A DNA stretch of 64,000 nt from Candidatus Omnitrophota bacterium (GTDB lineage: Bacteria; Omnitrophota; Gorgyraeia; B26-G9), in assembly GCA_043805415.1 (NCBI GenBank), contig JAZDHZ010000003.1, positions 28,366 through 92,365 of the forward strand, written 5' to 3'. Made by a program: the position numbers and the translations under genes. Positions within the stretch are counted from its first letter, which is position 1; each line of letters opens with the position of its first letter. Below, piece after piece: positions 18,817 to 27,983 of this stretch. The notes beneath the pieces were generated by a model. The model saw only the letters and a list, made by a program, of their open reading frames with translations, had not been told where the DNA came from and ran no database searches.

Positions 18817-20511
18817 CTAGAATAGTCCGATTGTATTGCCATTCTCATCAATATCCACATTCATGCCGCACGGGTTCGAGGGCAGCCCTGGCATGGTTCT
18901 CATCTTTCCGCAAAGCGGATAGATAAATCCTGCTCCAGCTGATACACGGATATCTCTAATCGGCAGTTCAAAATTTGTCGGCACGCCTTTTAATTTGGGA
19001 TCATGAGATAAAGACAAATGTGTTTTAGCCATGCATATCGGAAATTTATCAAAACTAAGCTCTGTGTATTGCTGTATTTTCTTTTCTGCCATGGGATGAT
19101 AAGTAACTCCGGATGCTCCGTACATCCTGGTGGCAATTGTATGAATTTTTTCTTTTATCGACATCTCAAGCGGGTAGAGGAATTTAAAATCATTAGGGGT
19201 ATTACAGGCTTTAATTACAGATTGGGCAAGTTCTGCCGCGCCATTGCCGCCTTGTAAATAAGCAAGACTGACAACCGCGTCTTGGGCTCCGAATTCTTTG
19301 GCTTTGTTTTTGATTAATTCAATTTCTTTATCCGTATCAGATGCGAATCGGTTGATTGCCACAACAACCGGCACACCGAATTGCCGGACATTTTCAATTT
19401 GTTTTTTTAAATTGCAGCAGCCTTTTATAATCGCGTCGAGGTTTTCATGGAAAAGTTTTGGATCCAGCGGACGGCCGGCAATTACTTCAAAATCATTGCT
19501 GTGCATTTTTAATGCCCGGGTTGAGCAAACCATAACCACACAATCAGGTTTTAAATTGCTGTAACGGCATTTTATATTCATGAATTTTTCCGCGCCAAGA
19601 TCAGCGCCAAAGCCGCTTTCTGTAACCACATAATCAGCAAGTTTTAAAGCCATCTGGTCAGCAAGGATTGAGCTGTTGCCATGAGCAATATTTCCGAACG
19701 GACCGCTGTGAATAAAGCAGGCAGTACCTTCAGTGGTTTGAACAATGTTAGGCATAATCGCGTTTTTTAATAATACGGTCATAGCTCCAGCGACTTTAAT
19801 ATCTTCCGGTGTTATGGGTTTGCCGTCATATGTAGTTGCCAGCATGATTTTGCCCATGCGTGATCTAAGGTCTTTTAAATTACTGGTTAGGGCAAGTATG
19901 GCCATGACTTCACTGGCTTCAGTGATTTCAAACCCGCTTTCGCGCAAAAATCCATTTTCTTTACCGCCTAAGCCAATTATAATTTCCCGGAGAAAGCGAT
20001 CATTTACATTTAAAACCCGGGGTAAAGTAATGCTGTGCGGATCAATGCTCAGAGTGTTTCCCTTGAATATATGGTTATCTAAAAAAGCTGCGCAAAGATT
20101 ATGCGCTATTTCTATGGCTGGAACATCGCCGGTTAAATGCAGATTAATATCTTCCATGGGCAGGACTTGTGAGTATCCGCCGCCGGCTGCTCCGCCTTTA
20201 ATTCCAAAAACCGGGCCAAGAGAGGGTTCTCGGATACAGGAAATTGCTTTTTTACCAATTTTATTCAGGCCAAGAGATAAGCCGATAGTAGTCAGAGTTT
20301 TGCCTTCTCCCAAAGGAGTCGGAGTAATGGCAGTTACATCAATATATTTGCCATTTGGCGCGTCTTTTAGTCGCTCAAGGATGCTCAGGCATACTTTTGC
20401 TTTATAATTGCCGTAAGGATGCAGTTCATTGCTTTGGATGCCGATTTTAGCAGCGATTTCACTTATTGGTATTAAGTTTATGGATTGAGCGATTTCAAGA
20501 TCAGTTTGCAT
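18817..20511 (-). CDS. fhs: Formate--tetrahydrofolate ligase
   Basis: TAITPTPLGEGKT, GIKGGAAGGGYSQ, GPFGNIAHG, TESGFGADLGAEKF, MPGLP; AGGAG SD before ATG 20511. Confidence 0.97.
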   Translation of the reverse strand: MQTDLEIAQSINLIPISEIAAKIGIQSNELHPYGNYKAKVCLSILERLKDAPNGKYIDVTAITPTPLGEGKTLTTIGLSLGLNKIGKKAISCIREPSLGPVFGIKGGAAGGGYSQVLPMEDINLHLTGDVPAIEIAHNLCAAFLDNHIFKGNTLSIDPHSITLPRVLNVNDRFLREIIIGLGGKENGFLRESGFEITEASEVMAILALTSNLKDLRSRMGKIMLATTYDGKPITPEDIKVAGAMTVLLKNAIMPNIVQTTEGTACFIHSGPFGNIAHGNSSILADQMALKLADYVVTESGFGADLGAEKFMNIKCRYSNLKPDCVVMVCSTRALKMHSNDFEVIAGRPLDPKLFHENLDAIIKGCCNLKKQIENVRQFGVPVVVAINRFASDTDKEIELIKNKAKEFGAQDAVVSLAYLQGGNGAAELAQSVIKACNTPNDFKFLYPLEMSIKEKIHTIATRMYGASGVTYHPMAEKKIQQYTELSFDKFPICMAKTHLSLSHDPKLKGVPTNFELPIRDIRVSAGAGFIYPLCGKMRTMPGLPSNPCGMNVDIDENGNTIGLF

Positions 20512-20542
20512 TGTGGCTCCTTTATTTATAAATAGTAAGTAC

Positions 20543-20571
20543 ATTATAAGTCCAGGGTTTTGATGTGTCAA
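20543..20571 (-). promoter_or_regulatory. Consensus sigma70 promoter for fhs
   Basis: Minus strand TTGACA-17-TATAAT. Confidence 0.85.
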
Positions 20572-20589
20572 GAAATTAACCTGATTTGA

Positions 20590-20618
20590 TTGACATTAAC
20601 CTGAATATCAGGTATAAT
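20590..20618 (+). promoter_or_regulatory. Consensus sigma70 promoter for the 20720 gene, with an operator-like palindrome in the spacer
   Basis: TTGACA-17-TATAAT; ACCTGA-ata-TCAGGT at 20599-20613. Confidence 0.85.
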
Positions 20619-20719
20619 TTGCCGGATTTATGTTTTAGGTATAACTAGCTGTGAAAAAAAAGGTTGGAAAAATGAATGCCAACGCTATTCTTAAGTGTAA
20701 TTTAATGAGATGACTTTAT

Positions 20720-22225
20720 ATGTCGAAGAAAAGAAATTATAGTCTAATAACAATTGCCGGGATATTAGTATTGCTAATATTATTTTCCCAGAAATCCGGA
20801 TTTTGTCTGTCGCCGCAAATGCTGCTGGATTCTTCTACCGTACAAAAAGCATTTGATCAAAAAAATGCTGAAGATAAGATTCTGCCTGCCATATTTTGGC
20901 AGGAGAGTTCTGTCTATGGCCAGGGGGCTAAAGAGTTCATGATAATGGCGCTTAAACAGCTGGGTTATAAAATAAATGTTTTAGAAGATTTTGATCAGCA
21001 GGAATTGCGCAAAGAAAAACCACCAATTGCTATTTTAAATCCTGAGTCTGCTAAAGAACTCGGTCCAATGCTCAGAACTTTAAACCCCAACATAAGGATA
21101 GTTATTGTTTCGAGTTATTTATTTAGTGATGCTGAAATAAGTTCCATGGGCGGAGATTATTATTTGCAAAAAAACTACAGTGTTTTGGAATTTGCAAAAT
21201 TCCTTAAGTTTTTAAAGCAAGAGATTGCTTTAAATCGTAAACAAAATAAGAATCATAGCCATCTTGAATTGCCGGAATGGTCTGCATACTCTGTTGACTC
21301 TATGGATAATCATCCTCAATTGCAAGCGCAGCTAGGTGAAAAAGCGCTTGAATACCAGAGGAGATTACTGAAAAGAAAAACAGATGGAGCCTTATTTTTT
21401 ATAAAAACCCGTTATCAGCCAAGACAGCCTAATCAGCTGGATTTTATCTGGCAGACAAAAAATGAGGCATCAAGGGAAAACGCGGCATTTGCTTTGGGCA
21501 GGTTTATGGATGCTAATGTGTGTGATATTATATTGCCGGAAAAAGAGCAGGCAAAAGCCTTAGCTTCCTATATTGGAGCATTGCCGGAGGATATATATCT
21601 GGTTAGGGCAGCTAATGATTATAAGCTTAGCGATGAACAGGTTAGGCAAAAAACATTTAAAAAAGCTTTTACCCGTAACCTGGTTTTAGCAATTTTAATC
21701 AGAAAATATGATTTTCATGCGGCAAATCATAGTCCTATTTCAGATGCGCAGGTTGCGATGATGTTTGATAATGACCAGTCATTTCATAAGGATTTAATAA
21801 ACATAAATATGTTTACCCTGGCATTTATGGAGAATTTCTTTCCAACATTTCGCTATAAGAGCATAAACGCAAGGCAATTATTAGATTTTATTTCGGTTGA
21901 AGAATTAGTCGCTGCAGTTGATTTTTGTGAAAATAAACTGGCTATCGGCAAAGTCTTAGACGAAATGGCCTATCGGCAGGTGGAGTCATTTATCCACATA
22001 GAGTACGCAGAAGCCAGGGCCAAGACATTACGGGCTGATATGTTAGAATTTTTTCAGGAAATCCTTGGTTTTAACCAGGTGTTTAAAAAGGGCACGCCTG
22101 AATATGAACAATTATCCCAAGAAATTACATATATAAGAGAAGCTTTATCCCAAGAAAAAGGTAATCTTAAAGCAAAAAACAATCAATTAGACAATGGGCA
22201 GGACTTGCTATTGGAATCAATATAA
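20720..22225 (+). CDS. Signal-peptide-bearing protein with a degenerate receiver-like domain and a PI3/4-kinase/HipA-like kinase domain
   Basis: Hydrophobic N-terminus; LRTLNPNIRIVIVSS..GGDYYLQK (REC-like); RENAAFAL, YDFHAAN, FDNDQSF (kinase-like). Confidence 0.6.
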   Translation: MSKKRNYSLITIAGILVLLILFSQKSGFCLSPQMLLDSSTVQKAFDQKNAEDKILPAIFWQESSVYGQGAKEFMIMALKQLGYKINVLEDFDQQELRKEKPPIAILNPESAKELGPMLRTLNPNIRIVIVSSYLFSDAEISSMGGDYYLQKNYSVLEFAKFLKFLKQEIALNRKQNKNHSHLELPEWSAYSVDSMDNHPQLQAQLGEKALEYQRRLLKRKTDGALFFIKTRYQPRQPNQLDFIWQTKNEASRENAAFALGRFMDANVCDIILPEKEQAKALASYIGALPEDIYLVRAANDYKLSDEQVRQKTFKKAFTRNLVLAILIRKYDFHAANHSPISDAQVAMMFDNDQSFHKDLININMFTLAFMENFFPTFRYKSINARQLLDFISVEELVAAVDFCENKLAIGKVLDEMAYRQVESFIHIEYAEARAKTLRADMLEFFQEILGFNQVFKKGTPEYEQLSQEITYIREALSQEKGNLKAKNNQLDNGQDLLLESI

Positions 22226-22247
22226 ATCATGGTTTTATTTTTTTCTC

Positions 22248-22276
22248 TTGACAGGGATTGCGTAACATGATATATT
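22248..22276 (+). promoter_or_regulatory. rplM-rpsI promoter
   Basis: TTGACA-17-TATATT. Confidence 0.7.
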
Positions 22277-22347
22277 TTCATTCTAATAATTTTAGAAGAA
22301 AACTATGTAAAAAATTTTAAAAGAAAAAAATTAGGAAGAGTAAAAAA

Positions 22348-22776
22348 ATGAAAAGTTTTGTACAAAAGCCACAGGATGTAGAAAGAAAATGGTTGCTTAT
22401 CGACGCAGATGGTCTAATTTTAGGCCGATTAGCTTCTAAGCTTGCAAGTATGTTGCGCGGTAAAACTAAGCCGGAATTCACTGCCCATGTTGATATGGCA
22501 GATGAGATCGTAATTATCAATGCTGCTAAAATCAGAGTTACTGGAAAAAAATTAACTGATAAAAAATATCAGACATATTCAGGGTATCCTGGTGGACAGA
22601 AAGAAATTAATTTAGCGGAAAAACTGGAAAAAAAACCAGAAGATGTTATTATTCATGCGGTGCGTGGAATGCTTCCGCATAATTCATTAGGAAGGCAATT
22701 AATGAGAAAACTCAAGGTTTATGCTGGAGCAGACCATCCGCATCAAGCTCAGAATCCTGAGGAAATAAAAATATAA
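22348..22776 (+). CDS. rplM: 50S ribosomal protein L13
   Basis: WLLIDADGLILGRLAS, RGMLPHN, HPHQAQ. Confidence 0.98.
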   Translation: MKSFVQKPQDVERKWLLIDADGLILGRLASKLASMLRGKTKPEFTAHVDMADEIVIINAAKIRVTGKKLTDKKYQTYSGYPGGQKEINLAEKLEKKPEDVIIHAVRGMLPHNSLGRQLMRKLKVYAGADHPHQAQNPEEIKI

Positions 22777-22829
22777 AAAGTTTGTTTTTACAGCAAAAAT
22801 CCGCTGTATCCATTAAAGGAGGAAAAGTT

Positions 22830-23225
22830 TTGGTTAAAGAGGTAATGTATTGCGCTACTGGAAGAAGAAAAGAATCCGTTGCTAGAGTTATTTTAAAATC
22901 CGGCTCTGGTGAGTTTATGGTTAATAAACGTCTTTTAGAGAGCTATTTTGGACGTGAAGTATCGAGAATGTTAGTTAAGCAGCCATTGATTGTGGCTAAT
23001 GTCTTAACTAAACTTAATGTCAGTGCTAATGTCAGAGGCGGAGGTCTTTCTGGTCAAGCTGGTGCTATCTGTCATGGTATTGCCAGGGCATTACTTAAAT
23101 ACGACGAAGCGCTTAAGCCAATTCTTAAAAAAGGAAATTTTCTTACCCGCGATTCTCGCATGAAAGAGCGCAAAAAACCTGGTCAAAAAGGCGCGCGTGC
23201 TCGTTTTCAGTGGACAAAGAGATAA
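22830..23225 (+). CDS. rpsI: 30S ribosomal protein S9
   Basis: TGRRKESVARV, GGGLSGQAGAI, ERKKPG..ARARFQWTKR; GGAGG SD before TTG 22830. Confidence 0.97.
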   Translation: MVKEVMYCATGRRKESVARVILKSGSGEFMVNKRLLESYFGREVSRMLVKQPLIVANVLTKLNVSANVRGGGLSGQAGAICHGIARALLKYDEALKPILKKGNFLTRDSRMKERKKPGQKGARARFQWTKR

Positions 23226-23445
23226 TATATTCTTTTGTTTTCTGATAAAATGTGAGAGACTCTACAGTTATAATCTATTTATTTACAGATTGTTCTGCCT
23301 TAGGAATCTTATTTTGAGGTAAACTGCCTATTTGGCGACATATTGATGTAAGCTATTTATTTGCTAAATGTTATGCATTTAAATCGTTTACATCTATTTT
23401 TTTAGGTAAAATTATCTGATTAGAGGGATGCCGTCTAGAAATCTA

Positions 23446-23474
23446 TTGACGGTTAGTTGTTTTTGTTTTATAAT
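23446..23474 (+). promoter_or_regulatory. Promoter of the arg/lys operon
   Basis: TTGACG-17-TATAAT. Confidence 0.75.
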
Positions 23475-23601
23475 AAATTTCTATTTAAAAATTCTAAGTC
23501 TTGAGTGATAAACTCTTAGGTTAAATTTCAGATTAGCTTATTAGAAATATTTTGTTAGGTTATTTAGAAAAATTATTAAATCAAGGAGAAATAATATAAA
23601 A

Positions 23602-24618
23602 ATGTTAAAAGCAGCGATAATCGGAGCTACTGGATATACAGGTGAAGAACTAATTCGCATTCTTTTAAAACATCCAAATGTAGAGATTTCACACCTTGTT
23701 TCAAAAAGTTCGCGTGGCGCTCCCATAAGCGAGATGCTTCCTTGGCTGGAAAAAAGATTAGATTTGGAATGCCATAGCCAAATGGATGTGGAAGAAATGT
23801 CTAAAAATACTGATGTGATCTTTTTAGCTCTTCCGCACAGAGTCTCAATGGAAATAGCCCCTAATTTTTTAAGCAATGGAATGCGGGTTATTGATTTAAG
23901 CGCTGATTACAGGCTAAAAGACGTAAACGAATATCAAAAATGGTATGGCGTGTCGCATAAAAGCACGGAATTTGTTAAAGACAGCGTTTATGGACTTCCG
24001 GAACTGAATAAAGCAGAAATTAAAAATGCTAAATTACTCGCTAATCCAGGATGCTATCCTACGGGATCTATTATAGCTTGCGCGCCGTTTTTAAAAGCAG
24101 GCCTGGTTGATCCGGATATTATTATTGATGCTAAATCCGGAACCAGCGGCGCGGGACGATCTCCAGCTGTGTCATTGCTATATTCAGAAGTAAATGAGAA
24201 TTTCAAAGCATATAAAGTATGTAATCACCAGCATATCCCGGAGATAACTCAAGAGCTGGCTAAGCAGCATGGCTCAGATGTGCGTATTAGCTTTGTCCCG
24301 CATCTTGTGCCCATGACCCGGGGGATTCTAAGTACTATTTACATGAGTTTAAAAAAGAATATCTCGGTATTTGAAGCTGTTGATGTTTTAAAAAAGTTTT
24401 ATGCTGATCAGCCTTTTGTCCGGGTAAAACAAGCAGATATGTTTCCGGAAATAAAAGATGTAGTTCATAGCAATTTTTGTGATATTGGAATAAAAGTTGA
24501 CGGAAAACGGCTTATTGCCATATCCGCAATTGATAATTTAGTTAAAGGCGCTGCTGGGCAGGCGGTGCAGAATTTTAATATAATGTTTGGTCTTGAAGAA
24601 ACAGCAGGATTGATGTAA
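23602..24618 (+). CDS. argC: N-acetyl-gamma-glutamyl-phosphate reductase
   Basis: GATGYTG, ANPGCYPT, DNLVKGAAGQAVQN. Confidence 0.97.
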   Translation: MLKAAIIGATGYTGEELIRILLKHPNVEISHLVSKSSRGAPISEMLPWLEKRLDLECHSQMDVEEMSKNTDVIFLALPHRVSMEIAPNFLSNGMRVIDLSADYRLKDVNEYQKWYGVSHKSTEFVKDSVYGLPELNKAEIKNAKLLANPGCYPTGSIIACAPFLKAGLVDPDIIIDAKSGTSGAGRSPAVSLLYSEVNENFKAYKVCNHQHIPEITQELAKQHGSDVRISFVPHLVPMTRGILSTIYMSLKKNISVFEAVDVLKKFYADQPFVRVKQADMFPEIKDVVHSNFCDIGIKVDGKRLIAISAIDNLVKGAAGQAVQNFNIMFGLEETAGLM

Positions 24619-25826
24619 TGAAGAATATTAAAAAAATCAAAAATGGAACAATTTGCACACCCTTAGGGTTTAAAACTAATGCGATTAACTGCGGGATTAA
24701 AAATGATAAACTTGATTTGGCTTTGATTTACTCAATTGTCAAAGCCAAAGCAGCGGGTGTGTTTACAGCGAATAAAGTGAAAGCAGCACCGGTTTTAATT
24801 GATCTGCTTAATTTAAAAAATAATACCGCGCAGGCGATTATTGTAAACAGCGGAAATGCTAACTGTTGTACTGGTAAAAAAGGCTATAGCGATGCGCAGG
24901 AGGTTGCGGATAAGGTCGCGGAAATTTTAGAGATAAATAAATCAGATGTTTTAGTGGCTTCAACTGGTGTGATTGGTAAATATTTACCAAAGGATAAGAT
25001 AATAAATTCTGTAAGTTTACTTGCTAGCGGTCTGGAATTTGATAAAGCGGATAAAACCGCTCAAGCAATGATGACCACTGATAGTTTTTCAAAGCAGGTT
25101 GCGGTAGAAATTAAAGTTGGGGTAAAAAGAGTTAATATTGCTGCTGTGGCTAAGGGCGCGGGAATGATTTGCCCGAATATGGCAACAATGCTTTGTTTTG
25201 TAACAACTGACGCGAATATTTCTGTTGCGGGTTTGAAAAAAGCCTTAAAAATCGCCGCGGATAGATCATTTAATTGTATTAGTGTTGATGGCGATATGAG
25301 TACTAATGATACTTTAGCGGTTTTAGCTAATGGTTTAGCCGGTAATACACTGATAAAAGATAAAGGTAAAAACTTTGATTTATTTACTCAAGCATTAACC
25401 GAGATATGTCTGGATTTGGCTAAAATGATCGTGATTGACGGTGAAGGGGCAACCAAGTTAATTGAAATTAATCTGCGGGGAGCAAAAACAAAACAGCAGG
25501 CAAGGCAAGCAGCAAGTCAGATCGCGAATTCATTGCTGGTTAAGACCATGATCACAGGGGAAAACCCTAATTGGGGTAGGATTCCGGCAAGTGTCGGCGC
25601 GTCTGGAGCGGAGTTTAAAGAGGATAAGCTTGAAGTTTTTCTGCAGAATATTTGCGTCTATCGTAAGGCTACTCCTGACACTAAAAGCAGGGATAAGTTA
25701 ATTAAGCTATTGGCTAAAAAACAAGTAAATATAACTGTAAAACTTAATAATGGAAAATTTTCATGTACTATGTGGGGCAATGATTTAACCAAAGAGTATG
25801 TGCGGATAAATAGCGAATATAATTAA
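24618..25826 (+). CDS. argJ: Bifunctional ornithine acetyltransferase/N-acetylglutamate synthase
   Basis: NSGNAN, KGAGMICPNMATML, DGDMSTND, DGEGATK. Confidence 0.97.
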   Translation: MKNIKKIKNGTICTPLGFKTNAINCGIKNDKLDLALIYSIVKAKAAGVFTANKVKAAPVLIDLLNLKNNTAQAIIVNSGNANCCTGKKGYSDAQEVADKVAEILEINKSDVLVASTGVIGKYLPKDKIINSVSLLASGLEFDKADKTAQAMMTTDSFSKQVAVEIKVGVKRVNIAAVAKGAGMICPNMATMLCFVTTDANISVAGLKKALKIAADRSFNCISVDGDMSTNDTLAVLANGLAGNTLIKDKGKNFDLFTQALTEICLDLAKMIVIDGEGATKLIEINLRGAKTKQQARQAASQIANSLLVKTMITGENPNWGRIPASVGASGAEFKEDKLEVFLQNICVYRKATPDTKSRDKLIKLLAKKQVNITVKLNNGKFSCTMWGNDLTKEYVRINSEYN

Positions 25827-25847
25827 AACATTGCTGAGGAATTATTT

Positions 25848-26708
25848 ATGATTGAAGAAGCGTGTAGAAAAGTGGATGTTCTGATTGAAGCTTTGCCTTA
25901 TATCAGACAGTTTTACGGGAAAGTCGTGGTGATTAAGTATGGAGGAAGCGCGGTGGAACATTCTGAGCTCAATCATTCCATACTTGAAGACATTACGTTT
26001 ATGAACCATGTGGGGATTCATCCGGTAATTGTTCATGGTGCTGGTCCTTTTATAACTCAAAAGATGAAAGAAAAAGGCATTGATGTAAAGTTTGTAAACG
26101 GGATTAGAGTTACGGATAAAGACAGCTTGGAGATTGTTAATGAATCTCTGACTGAGGTAAATAAAAATATTGTTAATGAACTTAAAAAACTAGGCAATGA
26201 AGCAAAAGGGTTTATTGGTAAAAATGGTGAACTGATAAGAGCGAAAAAGAAAATCGCGGTAGTTGATGTTGGCTTTGTCGGTGAGGTTATTGGGTTTGAT
26301 AGTAAATTAATGCATAGTTTATTGCAGTCAAAAATCATTCCAGTAATTGCTCCATTGGGAGTTGGGGATGATGGACAATTGTATAATTTAAACGCGGATA
26401 CAGTTGCCGCGGAGGTTGCCAAGGCAATGAACGCGGAAAAACTAGTATTACTTACTAATGTGCGTGGAATCATGACAGATATTAATGATGAGGAGACGTT
26501 GCTATCAAGTGTAACTTTAGATGAGCTTGAAGTTTTGTTTGAAAATAAAATAATTGCCGGAGGAATGATCCCAAAGGTTCTTGCATGTAAAGAAGCTGCT
26601 GAAAACGGAGTACATAAAACTCATATTATCGAAGCGCAGATTCCGCATGCTGTATTGCTTGAAATTTATACAGATAAAGGGATTGGGACTCAAATTATCA
26701 AAAAGTAA
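25848..26708 (+). CDS. argB: Acetylglutamate kinase
   Basis: EALPYI, VIKYGGSA, NLNADT, GGMIPK. Confidence 0.97.
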   Translation: MIEEACRKVDVLIEALPYIRQFYGKVVVIKYGGSAVEHSELNHSILEDITFMNHVGIHPVIVHGAGPFITQKMKEKGIDVKFVNGIRVTDKDSLEIVNESLTEVNKNIVNELKKLGNEAKGFIGKNGELIRAKKKIAVVDVGFVGEVIGFDSKLMHSLLQSKIIPVIAPLGVGDDGQLYNLNADTVAAEVAKAMNAEKLVLLTNVRGIMTDINDEETLLSSVTLDELEVLFENKIIAGGMIPKVLACKEAAENGVHKTHIIEAQIPHAVLLEIYTDKGIGTQIIKK

Positions 26709-26762
26709 TTATTGAAAATTAAAACTCATAAAAGTAGAATTAAAATGTTAAAAGGTGGGTCA

Positions 26763-27941
26763 ATGGATACACAGCAAATAATTAAATTGTACGACGATTT
26801 TGTAATGAATAACTATGCGCGCAAAAATCTGGTGTTTGTAAAAGCCCAAGGATCTCGAGTTTGGACAGCGGATAAAAAAGTCTATCTTGATTTTTTTCCG
26901 GGCTGGGCAGTAAGCGGAATAGGGCATTGTCATAAAAGAGTAGTAAAAGCTTTGCAAAAACAGGCAGGTCAGTTATTGCATGTTTCCAATAACTATTATT
27001 CTGAGCTGCAGGGCCGTCTTGCCGAGCGTATTGCCTTAAACTCTTTTGGCGGTAAAGTATTTTTTTGCAATTCAGGAGCTGAAGCAAATGAAGCTGCGTT
27101 TAAGCTTGTCCGGGCATTTGGCAATCCCCAAAGAAATGAAATTATTACAATGAATAAATCATTTCACGGACGGACGCTGGCTTGTACTGCGGCTACAGGA
27201 CAGGCAAAATGTCATGTGGGATTTGACCCCTTGCCCGCTGGCTTTAAAAGTGTTGATTTTAATAATAAAGAGGCGCTAACTAATGCCGTGAGTGAAACAA
27301 CCATAGCGATTATGGTTGAACTGGTTCAAGGCGAAGGCGGAGTTAATCTCGCGGATAAGTCTTATGTCCGGTTTTTAAGGGATTTTTGCGATAAGAAAAA
27401 TATGTTGCTTATCGTTGATGAGGTCCAAACCGGCATGGGTAGGACAGGGAAGATGTTTGCTTACCAGCATTATGGAATTGAACCGGATATTATGACTTTG
27501 GCTAAAAGTCTTGGCGGCGGAATGCCGATCGGAGCAATGGTGGCAAAGAAAAATATAGCTGGAACTTTTCGTCCGGGTATGCATGCTTCTACTTTTGGCG
27601 GAAGTCCGATTGCTTGTAGCGCAGGGCTTGCGGTGTTTGACGCGATTGAGAAAGAACGTTTATTACAAAATACAATTAATATGGGTGAATATTTAAAAGG
27701 GCAATTATTAGAGTTAAAAGGGAAGTATCCGATTATAAAACATGTTAGGGGAATAGGCTTGATGTTTGGGGTTGAGATGATTATTAATGCTGATCGGGCT
27801 TATGATTTTTGTTTGGCTAATGGGCTTTTGATCAACTGTACTCAGGGTAATACATTAAGAATTATGCCTTCATTAACAATAAAGCAAAAAGAAATTGATC
27901 AGGCAATTGAAATAATGGACATGGCGATTAGTAAGTGCTGA
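26763..27941 (+). CDS. argD: Acetylornithine aminotransferase
   Basis: NSGAEANE, SFHGRT, DEVQTGMGRTG, TLAKSLGGG. Confidence 0.95.
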   Translation: MDTQQIIKLYDDFVMNNYARKNLVFVKAQGSRVWTADKKVYLDFFPGWAVSGIGHCHKRVVKALQKQAGQLLHVSNNYYSELQGRLAERIALNSFGGKVFFCNSGAEANEAAFKLVRAFGNPQRNEIITMNKSFHGRTLACTAATGQAKCHVGFDPLPAGFKSVDFNNKEALTNAVSETTIAIMVELVQGEGGVNLADKSYVRFLRDFCDKKNMLLIVDEVQTGMGRTGKMFAYQHYGIEPDIMTLAKSLGGGMPIGAMVAKKNIAGTFRPGMHASTFGGSPIACSAGLAVFDAIEKERLLQNTINMGEYLKGQLLELKGKYPIIKHVRGIGLMFGVEMIINADRAYDFCLANGLLINCTQGNTLRIMPSLTIKQKEIDQAIEIMDMAISKC

Positions 27942-27983
27942 TAATGGTGGTCTTAATTTTTATCTTGAGGAGAGTGGATCCAT

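Noticed and set aside
19745-20407. 220-aa plus-strand ORF, and the many other short antisense or off-frame ORFs in the track
   Set aside because: Shadows of well-supported genes (here fhs); no independent signals
20512-20542. THF or ZTP riboswitch before fhs
   Set aside because: The promoter leaves only about 25 nt of leader
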